From an uncultured Chloroflexia bacterium (GTDB lineage Bacteria > Chloroflexota > Limnocylindria > Limnocylindrales > CSP1-4): a stretch of 64,000 nucleotides of DNA. Below are positions 17,209-31,223 of this stretch, piece by piece. The translations under genes were made by a program, and so were the position numbers. The notes below the pieces were generated by a model. It had not been told where the DNA came from and ran no database searches. It saw nothing but the letters and a program-made list of their open reading frames with translations. Where the stretch lies: assembly GCA_963813535.1 (NCBI GenBank), contig CAWEZH010000003.1:800001-864000 (forward strand). The letters are read 5' to 3'. Each line of letters begins with the position of its first letter. Position 1 is the stretch's first letter.

Positions 17209-17530
17209 GCTGCCTGGGCGCTCCTACGGGCGTGCCGCGTGCGGTCGAACCCCGCCTGTCCGGTGCCTCGATGCCTCGATGATGCTGAGGGCGCCCTCGT
17301 GCCTGTATCACCCGTTCGTACGGGTGGAACGTGCACGCACGCAACGCAGGAGCGGACGGGAGTGGTGGGGTCGACCCCGGTCGGATGGGGTCGTACGGCG
17401 ACCATCGGGTAGGACCAAAGTACCCCGCCGATCGAACGGCCAGTTCGAAGGCCTCGAGAAGGGGTATTTCGACGGCCTTTCGGGCGCTCGTTGCGGGTCA
17501 TGAGGTACCCGGGCCGGAACGCGGCACCGG

Positions 17531-18745
17531 TCACGCCGGCGTGGATGCTCGGGATGCGGCTTCGGCCTGGTCGATCCGACCGAGACCGCGCGGCTTTGAG
17601 GACAACAGGTACGCGATCGACCCGAACACGATGACCGAGAACACGCTGATGACCCGATCGAGCAGCGCGATCGCGGTCGCTTCGGGCAGCGGCACCCCGT
17701 ACCCGACGTGCAGCACGCCAACGACACCCGCCTCGACGATGCCGAGACCGGCAGGGCTCAACGGGACCGCCGTGAGCAGGGAGCCGATGAGCGCCACGAA
17801 CACGGCACCCGACAATCCGAGCGAGACGTCCTCGAAGCCGAGGGCCTGGATGACGAAGAACAGCCGGAGGCCCTCGGTCATCCAGATCAGCACGGTCAGC
17901 AGACCGAGCTTGGGCAGATGTCGCGTGACGAGGGCCCCGAACACGCCTTCCTCGAACCGGTCGTACAGCTCGAGGATCTGGTGGGGCAGCGGTAGCGCGA
18001 CGATGATCTGACGCCCGAAGTTGCGCATCGTCAGCAGCGCGAAGGCGAGGACGGCGACGACGACCACGCCGATGCCGAACACGATCTGGATGGCCGGCGG
18101 GAGGCCGCTCCGGAAGCTCCAATAGCCGGCGGCCAGCCCGAGGGTGGCGATCGCGAACAGGTCCAGGATCCGCTCGATGAAGACCGTGCCGAGCGTCCGC
18201 GACATCGACGCGGTGCTGTTGATCTTCAGCAGGTACGCCCGGTAGACGTCGCCGAGCTTCGCCGGCACGACGCAATTCACCAGCCAGGACAGGAAGATGA
18301 TCTCGGTCGAGTCCTTGGTCGAGATCCGTACCCCGGTGCCGCGGAGGAGCGTCGCCCAGCGAAGACCCCGAAGCGGGAACCCGGCATAGAACACGAGCAC
18401 CGCCGCGAGCACCAGCCAGCCGTTCGCGGCGAGGATCAGGCTCGGGACCTTGGAAAGCTGCCCGCCATTGAGCATGACGAACGCCGTGATCACGACGACC
18501 GGGACGGCGATCGACAGGATCGTCCGGGGCTGGCGCAGCCGGCGTCCGATCGACATCCCCTGCGCGGCGAGCTCGGCCTCGGTGGACGGGGAAGCCGTGT
18601 CGGGGCCGGGTCGCGTCGCCGCGACGACACCGCCGGCGACGGCGGTCCTGGGATCGATCGCGGGGGTGGCCTCCATCGGGGCCGACAGTACGGTTTCGTC
18701 GGTCCCACCAGCCATCGGTCGATGGTCCTGCCGCGGGTCGGTCAT
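17531..18745 (-). CDS. Lysylphosphatidylglycerol-synthase TM domain / flippase-like (UPF0104) protein
   Basis: RGLRW, VPAKLGDVYR, ERILD, SPAGLGIVE, LLDRVIS. Confidence 0.85.
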   Translation of the reverse strand: MTDPRQDHRPMAGGTDETVLSAPMEATPAIDPRTAVAGGVVAATRPGPDTASPSTEAELAAQGMSIGRRLRQPRTILSIAVPVVVITAFVMLNGGQLSKVPSLILAANGWLVLAAVLVFYAGFPLRGLRWATLLRGTGVRISTKDSTEIIFLSWLVNCVVPAKLGDVYRAYLLKINSTASMSRTLGTVFIERILDLFAIATLGLAAGYWSFRSGLPPAIQIVFGIGVVVVAVLAFALLTMRNFGRQIIVALPLPHQILELYDRFEEGVFGALVTRHLPKLGLLTVLIWMTEGLRLFFVIQALGFEDVSLGLSGAVFVALIGSLLTAVPLSPAGLGIVEAGVVGVLHVGYGVPLPEATAIALLDRVISVFSVIVFGSIAYLLSSKPRGLGRIDQAEAASRASTPA

Positions 18746-19452
18746 GCTCCGACGGGGGGCCGGCTCCGACCGTTGCCCCGAGCTCGTTGGACCCCCTTGG
18801 CGAGCGGCGTCCAGAGCCGGACCGCATAGCTCGCGCGGCCCGTGACCAAGGCGGCGGTCGGGAGCGCGGCGAGCAGTCCGGCCGGTGTCGACGGGTCGCC
18901 GTCGAGGACCGTATACGCCACCCCGACCTCGATGATCGTGTGCGCATCCGACACGGCGACACCGGGCTGGCCATGCTCGTGCGCCGCCGCGGCAGCCTGC
19001 TCGTTGCCGCTGCCCAGGAGCCGCGCGTTGTGAACCTCGATCCAGTCGACGAGCGGGATCAGCGACAGCAACGCGGCATCGCGCAGCAGTGAGCCTCGCA
19101 ACCTGTCGAACGGATGCGGCATGCCGACCAGACCGCCCTGGGCCCGGACCGACGAGATGGCGTCGGCGGCGGACAGGTCGGAGTCGATCGGTCGCTCGAT
19201 GAACGCGGCGATCAGGTCGCCTGCACGAGTCCGGACCTCCTGACCGACGATCACGCTCAGTCCGTCGGGCGCCGCATCGCGTGCGCGCAGGGCGCCGTCG
19301 ATCCGATCGTGGTCGGTGATCGCCAGGTGGGTCAGCCCACGATCCGACGCGGCACGGACGACCTTGGCCGGATCCGACAGGCTGTCGAACGATGCCGACG
19401 TATGGCAGTGGAGGTCGACGAAGGACTTGGTGGTGGCACCCTGAGCGTTCAT
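18742..19452 (-). CDS. PHP-domain metal-dependent phosphoesterase
   Basis: DLHCHT..S.D, AITDHD, PHPF, SDAH. Confidence 0.88.
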   Translation of the reverse strand: MNAQGATTKSFVDLHCHTSASFDSLSDPAKVVRAASDRGLTHLAITDHDRIDGALRARDAAPDGLSVIVGQEVRTRAGDLIAAFIERPIDSDLSAADAISSVRAQGGLVGMPHPFDRLRGSLLRDAALLSLIPLVDWIEVHNARLLGSGNEQAAAAAHEHGQPGVAVSDAHTIIEVGVAYTVLDGDPSTPAGLLAALPTAALVTGRASYAVRLWTPLAKGVQRARGNGRSRPPVGA

Positions 19453-19510
19453 GCTGCTGTTCGCCCTCCGAGGTCCGAGGCGGAGCTCCGCGACGCCATC
19501 GGCCCGAGGA

Positions 19511-20509
19511 TTAGATCTGCTGCACCAGGGACTTCTTGAAGAAGTCGAAATGCTCGAGGGCGAGGCCCGTTCCGAGCGCGACGCAGTCGAGGGAGTTCTC
19601 GGCCACGTGGCACGGCACCCCGGTCACCTGGGTGAGCAGCTTGTCGATGTTGCGCAGCAGCGCCCCGCCGCCGGACATGACCATGCCCTTGTCGATGATG
19701 TCCGACGACAGCTCGGGCGGCGTCTGCTCGAGGACGGAGCGAACCGCTGCGACAAGCTGCTGGAGGGGCTGCTCGATCGCCTCCATCACCTCCGAGGACG
19801 TGATGGGGATCGTGCGGGGCAGGCCGGCGATCAGGTCGCGACCGCGGACCTCCATCGTCAGCTCACGCTCGAGCGGGAGCGCGGTGCCGATCTGCATCTT
19901 GACCTCTTCGGCCGTCCGCTCGCCGATCATGAGGTTGTACTTCTTCCGGATGTAGGTCGCGATCGCCTCGTCGAACTTGTTGCCACCGACCCGCAGCGAG
20001 TGCGACACGACGATGCCGCCGAGGGCGATGACGGCGATCTCGCTGGTCCCACCGCCGATGTCGATGATCATGTTCCCCGACGGACCGCTGATCGGGACGT
20101 TCGCCCCGATGGCCGCCGCGAGGGGTTCCTCGATGAGGTAGGCGTCCTTGGCGCCGGCCTTGAGCGCCGCGTCACGGACCGCACGCTTCTCGACCGACGT
20201 GACGCCGGCGGGCACGCTGATCATGACCTCGGGCCGGTTGAACCCGATCCGCCCGCGGGTCGCCTTGGCGATGAAGAACCGGAGCATCGCCTCGGTGATG
20301 ACGTAGTCGGCGATGACGCCATCCTTCATCGGGCGGATGGCCTGGATGTTGCCCGGCGTGCGGCCGATCATCTCGCGCGCCTCTTCGCCCACCGCGACGA
20401 TCCGGTTGTCGTCGGACACGGCCACGACCGAGGGCTCGGTGATGACGATGCCTTTGCCCTTGACGTACACGAGCACGTTGGCCGTGCCGAGGTCGATTCC
20501 GATCTTCAT
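19511..20509 (-). CDS. mreB: Rod shape protein MreB/Mbl
   Basis: [35 protein letters not shown]. Confidence 0.96.
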   Translation of the reverse strand: MKIGIDLGTANVLVYVKGKGIVITEPSVVAVSDDNRIVAVGEEAREMIGRTPGNIQAIRPMKDGVIADYVITEAMLRFFIAKATRGRIGFNRPEVMISVPAGVTSVEKRAVRDAALKAGAKDAYLIEEPLAAAIGANVPISGPSGNMIIDIGGGTSEIAVIALGGIVVSHSLRVGGNKFDEAIATYIRKKYNLMIGERTAEEVKMQIGTALPLERELTMEVRGRDLIAGLPRTIPITSSEVMEAIEQPLQQLVAAVRSVLEQTPPELSSDIIDKGMVMSGGGALLRNIDKLLTQVTGVPCHVAENSLDCVALGTGLALEHFDFFKKSLVQQI

Positions 20510-21852
20510 GAGGAGGTGGTGCCGTTCCCTTCCGCGAGGCGCTCGATCCTGGCCCCGAGTTCCAGGAACTTCCCTTCGATGTTCTCATAGCCCCGGTGAA
20601 CGTGGTGAGCACCGTGGATCGTCGTCTCCCCATCGGCCGCCAGCGCAGCAAGGATCAGCGACGCGCCCGCGCGCAAGTCGCCGATCTCCACCTCCGCGCC
20701 GTGGAGCGGTGCGCGACCCGTGATGACCGCGTGATGGGGATCCACGAGGTCCACCTGGGCACCCATCCGTCGAAGCTCCGACAACCAGTCGAGCCGGTCC
20801 TCGAAGATGGTCTCGTGGACGTGCGACGTGCCCCGCGCCTGCGACAGGAGGACCGAGGTCGGCGGTTGCAGGTCGGTCGCAAGTCCCGGGTAGGCACCGG
20901 TCTCGATGTCGACCGCCTGGAAACCGGGGTCGCCCAGGGCCGACCCATCGACGTCGATCGTGTCGGTCCCGCAGGTGACATCGACGCCGGCCTTCGTGAC
21001 GGCGTCGATGAAGGTGCCGAGGTGATCGCACGGCGCACCCGTCAGCGTGATCCGGCCGCCCGTCACGGCCCCGGCGATCACGAACGTCCCAGCTTCGATC
21101 CGGTCGGGGATCACCCGGTGGCTCGCGCCGCGCAGACGCCGCTTGCCGTGGACTTCGATGGTGTCGGGGTCCGTTCGGGCGATCTCGGCGCCCATCTTCT
21201 GGAGGAAGGCGATCAGGTCGTCGACCTCCGGCTCCTGTGCGGCCGGGCGGATCGTGGTGTGGCCGTCGGCGAGCGTCGCCGCGAGCATCGCATTCTCGGT
21301 CCCCATCACCGACACGAACGGGAAGCGGACCTCCGCGCCGCGTAGCCGACCCGGCGCCGTGGCGAAGTAGTAGCCGTTGCGGTAGTCGATCTCGGCGCCG
21401 AGGGCGCGCATCGCGTCGACATGCAGGTTCACCGGCCTGCGCCCGATGCGGTCGCCGCCCGGGTTGCTGATGATCACCCGGCCGAACCGCGCCAGGAGCG
21501 GGCCGAGGAGCATGAACGAGGCCCGCATCTTGGCCGCAGCTTCGAGCGGCACGAACTGCCATTCGACGTCGCCCGCCGCGACCTCGTAGGTGTTCTCCTC
21601 GGGATGATCGACCACGACCCCGAGCTCGATGAGCGTCTGGGCCATGACCCGGACATCCTCGATCTCGGGAACGTTGGTGATGCGGCAGCGTTCGCCCGTC
21701 AGCGTCGCCGCGGCGAGCATCTTCAGCGCGGCGTTCTTGGCGCCGCTGATCGCGACCGAGCCGGACAGCGGCCGCCCGCCCTCGATACGGAAGACCTCCC
21801 GCGTCACAGGCTCAGGAACGTACTCCCAGTGGAACGGCCGCGCGTCAGCCAC
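20506..21852 (-). CDS. murA: UDP-N-acetylglucosamine enolpyruvyl transferase
   Basis: [38 protein letters not shown]; start codon approximate. Confidence 0.93.
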   Translation of the reverse strand: MADARPFHWEYVPEPVTREVFRIEGGRPLSGSVAISGAKNAALKMLAAATLTGERCRITNVPEIEDVRVMAQTLIELGVVVDHPEENTYEVAAGDVEWQFVPLEAAAKMRASFMLLGPLLARFGRVIISNPGGDRIGRRPVNLHVDAMRALGAEIDYRNGYYFATAPGRLRGAEVRFPFVSVMGTENAMLAATLADGHTTIRPAAQEPEVDDLIAFLQKMGAEIARTDPDTIEVHGKRRLRGASHRVIPDRIEAGTFVIAGAVTGGRITLTGAPCDHLGTFIDAVTKAGVDVTCGTDTIDVDGSALGDPGFQAVDIETGAYPGLATDLQPPTSVLLSQARGTSHVHETIFEDRLDWLSELRRMGAQVDLVDPHHAVITGRAPLHGAEVEIGDLRAGASLILAALAADGETTIHGAHHVHRGYENIEGKFLELGARIERLAEGNGTTSS

Positions 21853-21867
21853 GGGTCCGCCCCATGG

Positions 21868-21941
21868 GATCGCCGCGAGGTCGCGCCCACTGCCCGATCG
21901 CCGAAAGGTCGCGCCGTACTGCCTTGATCGCCGCAAGGTCG
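21868..21941. repeat. Three imperfect direct repeats, core GATCGCCGNNAGGTCG
   Basis: Units start at 21868, 21896 and 21926. Confidence 0.8.
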
Positions 21942-22064
21942 GCTCATGGCAAGGCGCGGCCGAGCATCGCCCGCGAGCGCACTCTGATGTGCGTGAGCGG
22001 GCGAGCGCAGGCCGCAACGCGGCCAGGAGTCGGCCTGGCGGCGATCCGACCTGATCGCCACGAC

Positions 22065-22492
22065 CTATCCTCGATGACGGGGGCCTTCACGGTGACGACG
22101 TTCCGCAACGCGGATGCGAAGGAGCGCCTGCTGGAGGGCGGCCCGGGCAGCCGCCAGGTCGACACCCTCGTGGTAGCCCGATTCCAGCGCTCGCTCGGCC
22201 TCGCGGCGTGCCTCCTGGGCCTTCTCGAGGTCGATCTCGCTGGCCATGTCGGCCGTCTCGGCGAGGACGACGACCTTGTCCGGTCGGACCTGCAGGAACC
22301 CGCCGACGACGGCGAACGACTCCTCGACGCCATCCTTCCGGAACCGCAGCTCACCGACACCGAGCGTCGAGACGAGCGGCGCGTGATGCGGCAGGACCCC
22401 GAGCTCCCCCTCGGCGCCGGGCACCTGGACCGAGTCGACGGTGTCCGAGTAGACGCGTCGCTCGGGGGTGACGATCTCGAGGTGGAGAGGCA

Positions 22493-22493
<1 letters not shown>
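22065..22493 (-). CDS. atpC: ATP synthase epsilon subunit
   Basis: LEIVTPER, GELGVLPHHAPL. Confidence 0.96.
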
Positions 22494-24786
<2,293 letters not shown>

Positions 24787-24830
24787 CGGAGGTCAGCAGC
24801 CGCCCTGTTCGGCCCGGCCGCACGCAGTCG

Positions 24831-26552
<1,722 letters not shown>

Positions 26553-26564
26553 GGTGCGGGTCTC

Positions 26565-27110
26565 CTAGAAGGCGCCCGAGGCGAGCTGATTCCGTAGCCG
26601 CTCGAGGCGACCCCGGACGCTCCCATCGATCATGCGGTCGCCTACCCTCACGACGAGGCCGCCCAGCAGGCTGGGGTCGACATCGACGTCGAGGGCGATG
26701 CGGCCGCCGGTGGACTCTTCGAGCCGCGCGGTCAACTCCCGGACCTCGTCCGGGGTGAGCTCCATCGCGGACGTCGCGGTGGCGTGGGTGATGCCCTGGC
26801 GCTGGTCGTCGAGCCGACGGAACTCGGCTGCGACGCGGGGCAGCTCCTCGATCCGGCCCCGCCGGAGGAGCAGCCGGATGAGGTTGAGGACCGGTTCGGC
26901 GACGCGCGTGCCGAGCATGTCGGCGAGCGCCGCAGCACGACGCTCCACCGGGATCGCCGGGTTGGCGAGCACCGTGAGCGCGCGCTGGTCACCGGCGACC
27001 GTGGCGGCGAGTTCGAGCTCGCTCCGCCACTGCTCGAGCGTGTCGTCACGCATGCCGACCTGGAAGGCCGCTTCGGCGTAGCGTCGCGCAGCAGAGTCCC
27101 GGCGGGCCAT
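26565..27110 (-). CDS. atpH: ATP synthase delta subunit
   Basis: ARRYAEA, DPSLLGGLVVRVGD..IDGS. Confidence 0.95.
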   Translation of the reverse strand: MARRDSAARRYAEAAFQVGMRDDTLEQWRSELELAATVAGDQRALTVLANPAIPVERRAAALADMLGTRVAEPVLNLIRLLLRRGRIEELPRVAAEFRRLDDQRQGITHATATSAMELTPDEVRELTARLEESTGGRIALDVDVDPSLLGGLVVRVGDRMIDGSVRGRLERLRNQLASGAF

Positions 27111-27682
27111 CAGTTCTTCGAGTCGAGGTCGACCGTGGACGACAGGAACTCTTGGACGAGCTTCCGCTGACGCTCGCCGGTCATCGACTCACCGACGACG
27201 CGACTCGCGGCCGCCAGCGCGAGGTCGGCGACCTCACCCCGGAGCTCTGCGATCGCCCGCTGCTTCTCGGCCTCGATGTCGCTCATCGCGCGCTCACGCA
27301 TCCGCTCGAGCTCTTCGCGCGTGGCGGCGATGTCCGCCTCGCGGGTCTCCTGCGACACGCGCTGGGCGCGAGCCAGGATCTCGCTGGACTCCCTGCGGGC
27401 TTCGGCGAGCGTTTCGATGCGCTCCGCCTCGGCGTTCTCGCGATCACGACGAGCCTGTTCAGCGTCCTTGAGCCCCTGCTCGATCCGATCGCGCCGATCA
27501 TCGAGCATCTTCGAGACGGGCTTGAACGCGAACGTCCAGATGAGAACGAAGAAGACGACGAAGTTCAGCGCTCCGACGATCACCCAGAACAGGTTGACCT
27601 GGAACGGCGCGGCAGCACCCTCCTCCGCGGTCAGCTGGGCGACCGCGCGACCGATCTCGGACGCGACGGCGAGGACATCCAC
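27110..27682 (-). CDS. atpF: ATP synthase subunit b
   Basis: Single TM then coiled coil; operon position. Confidence 0.93.
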   Translation of the reverse strand: MDVLAVASEIGRAVAQLTAEEGAAAPFQVNLFWVIVGALNFVVFFVLIWTFAFKPVSKMLDDRRDRIEQGLKDAEQARRDRENAEAERIETLAEARRESSEILARAQRVSQETREADIAATREELERMRERAMSDIEAEKQRAIAELRGEVADLALAAASRVVGESMTGERQRKLVQEFLSSTVDLDSKN

Positions 27683-27706
27683 GATGGTCTCTCCCTGCCG
27701 GAAGGG

Positions 27707-27925
27707 CTAGGCGGGCTGGATGAAGATCGCCAGCAGGCCGACCACGATGGCGAGCACGCCAAGGCCTTCGGCGAACGCCGCGAGGATGATCGCGATGCCG
27801 CGGATCTGGCCGGCGGCGTCCGGGTTGCGACCGATCGCCTGGGCGGAGAGACCGCCGATGATGCCGACCCCGATGCCGGGGCCGATCACCCCGAGGGCGG
27901 CGAGTCCGGCGCCGAAGTACTCCAT
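27707..27925 (-). CDS. atpE: ATP synthase subunit c
   Basis: GxGxGxG helix, RNP loop, conserved Glu in FAEG. Confidence 0.95.
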   Translation of the reverse strand: MEYFGAGLAALGVIGPGIGVGIIGGLSAQAIGRNPDAAGQIRGIAIILAAFAEGLGVLAIVVGLLAIFIQPA

Positions 27926-27995
27926 ATCGTGACTTCCTCCTACTGCCCGGCCCTATCGACCGGGAACGTTGTTGGGACCGTTGGTGGTAGGCCCA

Positions 27996-29015
27996 TCAGT
28001 GGGCTGGTTGGAGCTGGTGGCCCTGGCCATCGCCGGCGTCGAGCGCCTCCTCGGCGACATGACCCTCCTCGTGCTCGTGGCTCTCGATCGCCAGAGTGAT
28101 GAAGATGAGCGTCAGGACGGAGAAGATCAAAGCCTGGATGGCATTGAGCATGACTTCCAGGCCGAGCAGCGCCACGGGGATGAAGGCGATCGTCAGCGCG
28201 GTGATCACCCCGAGCGCGACCTCGCCACCGTAGATGTTGCCGAAGAGTCGCATCGACAGCGTCACGGGCTTGACGAACTCGAGCATCAGCTCGACCAGAC
28301 CGACGAACAGGGCGATCACCCCGGCCGCGACACCGTTGCGGAACTCGTAGAGCGGGAAGAACTTGCCCAGATAGCCGCGAACGCCCAGCCGGCGGAACCC
28401 CTGGAACTCGAAGTACAGGAAGCTCACGAGCGCCAGTCCGATCGTGATGTTCACGTCGCTCGTCGGGGCACGAAGCTGCGGGATCCTGCCGACCGGCGGC
28501 ACGAGACCGCTCCAGTTCGAGAACAGGATGAGGATGAAGAAGGCGATGAAGAGCGGGACGTAGGGGCGGGCCGCCGGCCCGGCGATGCTGACCCCGAAGT
28601 CGCCGAGGGACTCGTACAGGAATTCGAACGCGTTCTGCGCCTTGCCGGGCAGCAGCTGGCGACCGCGGGTCATGAGGATGACCACGACGAGCACGATGGC
28701 CATGACGATCCACATCGTGAGGATCGTGGAACTGATGCTCGGCGTGAACGTCACGAGCTCATCGGCCGGGGCCTGCGGGCCGATCACGGCGTGCGGTGCG
28801 GGGAGCTCGAGAGTGCCGTTGATGAAGCAGACCGGGAATGCGCACGGGTCACCCGGCGACCCTCCGTGCGGGTCGAAGGGCGGCACGAGGATGAACGCGA
28901 CGATGTTCCCGATGATCACCAGGCCGATGAGCAGGAACCAACGTGAGGACAGCCCGCGCCCTCGCGGCGTCGGCTGGGCCTCAGGGTCCCGGGGGTCGAC
29001 CCGCTCGCTCGACAA
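27996..29015 (-). CDS. atpB: ATP synthase subunit a
   Basis: APTSD.N, LSMRLFGNI, IQALIF; GGAGG before TTG. Confidence 0.95.
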   Translation of the reverse strand: MSSERVDPRDPEAQPTPRGRGLSSRWFLLIGLVIIGNIVAFILVPPFDPHGGSPGDPCAFPVCFINGTLELPAPHAVIGPQAPADELVTFTPSISSTILTMWIVMAIVLVVVILMTRGRQLLPGKAQNAFEFLYESLGDFGVSIAGPAARPYVPLFIAFFILILFSNWSGLVPPVGRIPQLRAPTSDVNITIGLALVSFLYFEFQGFRRLGVRGYLGKFFPLYEFRNGVAAGVIALFVGLVELMLEFVKPVTLSMRLFGNIYGGEVALGVITALTIAFIPVALLGLEVMLNAIQALIFSVLTLIFITLAIESHEHEEGHVAEEALDAGDGQGHQLQPAH

Positions 29016-29090
29016 ACGTCCTCCGCTCCACACACAGGAGCGCGGCGTTCCGCCGCGCTCGCTTCCTGCCTTCGGTCGGCCAGCCCGACC

Positions 29091-29312
29091 TCATTCTGTC
29101 GACTTGAGGAACCTCATGACCAGTCTGTAGATCGTCACTGCGCCGGCTCCGGCGCCGACGAAGAAACCGATGAGTACGAAGATCGGGATCGTCCCGAGTC
29201 GCGTATCGGCCCAGTAGCCGATCCCCACGCCCACCAGCGTCGTCACCAGGAGTGAGAGGCCGATCTCCGAGAAGAGGATCGCGTAGGCCCCGCCACGGCC
29301 GGGCTCGATCAT
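29091..29312 (-). CDS. AtpZ/AtpI-family (ATPase gene 1) protein
   Basis: GVGIGYWAD.RLGT.P.F motif; first gene of the atp operon. Confidence 0.8.
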   Translation of the reverse strand: MIEPGRGGAYAILFSEIGLSLLVTTLVGVGIGYWADTRLGTIPIFVLIGFFVGAGAGAVTIYRLVMRFLKSTE

Positions 29313-29372
29313 GGACGACCTGTCAAGGCAGCGGAAGTGTAGCAGCTGCGCGCCGCGGACTGCCAACGCCGG

Positions 29373-29933
29373 TCAGTTCGGCGCGACCTCGACTGAGACC
29401 GTTGGGCTCGGCGACGGCGACGGGCTCGCGACGGCCGGGACGCCGGTCGCCGACAGGACGCCGGCACGTTCGCGCGGCCAGATCCCCACGACGATCCCGA
29501 GCACGACGGCCAGGCCCAGCCCGGCTGCGAGCAGCTCGACCGACACGGTGGAGCGGGTCGGGAGGGCGGCAGGTGTCACGCTCGGCACGGGTGCCCCGGC
29601 GACGACGATCCGCTTGGGCGCCATCGCGATCGGCGGCCCACCGAGGACCTCGCGGACCACCTCTGCCCTCGCAGCGGCGGCGCGCTCGTCGATGATCCGC
29701 CGCTCCTCACGGGTCAGCGTCGAGATGCCCAGCCAGGATCGGAGTGAGTAGGCGGCGACCGACCGGTCGATGACGTCCAATGCCGGGCCCAGTGGTCCCC
29801 TTCGATCCGCGTCCGCGCCACGGTAGCGGCCGGCCTTGCGGTCGGCGTATGCACCGGTGCGCTGGGCGACCGTGGACGCCAGGAGCAGGGCCGCGATGGC
29901 GATGAAGATGACGACAGGTGGATCGATGCGCAT
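29373..29933 (-). CDS. Hypothetical membrane protein
   Basis: Two hydrophobic segments and Ser/Pro tail; TGCTAGCAT -10-like element upstream. Confidence 0.55.
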   Translation of the reverse strand: MRIDPPVVIFIAIAALLLASTVAQRTGAYADRKAGRYRGADADRRGPLGPALDVIDRSVAAYSLRSWLGISTLTREERRIIDERAAAARAEVVREVLGGPPIAMAPKRIVVAGAPVPSVTPAALPTRSTVSVELLAAGLGLAVVLGIVVGIWPRERAGVLSATGVPAVASPSPSPSPTVSVEVAPN

Positions 29934-30031
29934 CGCCCGGCGGATGCTAGCACCGGTCCGTTCTGCTGCAGACCCCTCCGCACCGCACGTGTTGCGTGCG
30001 CGCCACGGCTCGCGGACCGAATCCGCGCCGG

Positions 30032-31177
30032 TCAGTGCTCATGGTCGTCCTCCATCGCGTCCGCCGTCTCGTCCTCCTTCTCGTACGACTCCGCTTCGAG
30101 CTCCTCCGGTCGGTCGAAGGCGCCGCGCGTGGGGCCGAACAGGACGAGACCGGCCACGATGAACAGGCTGAGGAATGCGTAGGCCTGCGTGACCTCCTGC
30201 ACGAGCAGGGCCAGGATCCCGAGGCCGGCGCACACCGCGTAGATGAACAGGACGGTGTTCCGATGGGACAGCCCGAGGTCGAGGAGCCGGTGGTGGATGT
30301 GGGACCGATCGGGTGTGAACGGCGAGCGTCGCTGTGACAGCCGACCGACGATGATCCAGAACGTGTCGATGATCGGGACGCCCAGAACCAGCAACGCGAC
30401 CGCCACCTTGGCGTTCCCGAGGATCGAGAGGATCGCCAGCGTATAGCCGACGAACTGGACGCCGGTCGTGCCGCTGAAGATCTTGGCCGGATAGAAGTTC
30501 CAGCGCAGGAACCCCAGGAGGGCGCCGGCCAGCGCGAAGCACAGGACCGCGATGAGCGGCTGACTCACCTGCGTCGTGAGGCTGATGACTCCGAGCGTGA
30601 CCGAGGCGATCAGGGCGACGCCGGTGCTCAACCCGTCAAGACCGTCGATCCAGTTGATGCTGTTGATCATCCCGACGATCCAGAACACCGTGACGCCGGT
30701 CGCGAAGGGCTCCACGAAGCGGATGACGCCGGGACCGAAGGGGTTGTTGATCAGGACGATGCCGATACCCAGCACCGATGCCCCCAACGCGAGCAGGACC
30801 TGGCCGAGGAGCTGCCACCGGGCGCGCAGGTCGTAGAGGTCGTCCAGCGCACCGATCAGCGCGGCGACGGCACCGCCTGCGAACAGCGCCACGAGGTCGC
30901 CGAGCGCGATGTTCAGTGGCATCGGGACCCAGCCGGCCATCTCGTTCAGGAACGCGAACGGGACCGCCACGACCAGGAATGCGACCGCGATCGCGACCCC
31001 GCCGGCCCGTGGCACCGGACGGGTGTTCACGCGACGGGCGTTCGGGCGGTCGACGATCCCGTAGCGGCGGACGGTCCGCCGCACCACCGGCGTGAGCAAT
31101 AGGGCGATCGTCGCGGTCAGCAGGAAGACCACGATGATCGGGCCGAGGCTGTCCGCGGCCCCTTCGATGAACGTCAC
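30032..31177 (-). CDS. WecA/TagO-type undecaprenyl-phosphate GlcNAc-1-P transferase (GT4)
   Basis: PRAGG, GALDD, NWIDGLDGL, NFYPAKIF.G, DRSHIHHRL. Confidence 0.9.
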   Translation of the reverse strand: MTFIEGAADSLGPIIVVFLLTATIALLLTPVVRRTVRRYGIVDRPNARRVNTRPVPRAGGVAIAVAFLVVAVPFAFLNEMAGWVPMPLNIALGDLVALFAGGAVAALIGALDDLYDLRARWQLLGQVLLALGASVLGIGIVLINNPFGPGVIRFVEPFATGVTVFWIVGMINSINWIDGLDGLSTGVALIASVTLGVISLTTQVSQPLIAVLCFALAGALLGFLRWNFYPAKIFSGTTGVQFVGYTLAILSILGNAKVAVALLVLGVPIIDTFWIIVGRLSQRRSPFTPDRSHIHHRLLDLGLSHRNTVLFIYAVCAGLGILALLVQEVTQAYAFLSLFIVAGLVLFGPTRGAFDRPEELEAESYEKEDETADAMEDDHEH

Positions 31178-31223
31178 GTCGGCGTCGCGACGGTCCGCGG
31201 CGCGTCGATCCGGGGCGCCTCGA

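Noticed and set aside
21868-21941. Mini-CRISPR interpretation of the triple repeat
   Set aside because: Intervening sequences are only 12-14 nt and similar to each other; no cas genes
27707-27925. Na+-coupled ATP synthase
   Set aside because: Subunit c lacks the Gln and ES/T ligands; it looks like an ordinary H+ type
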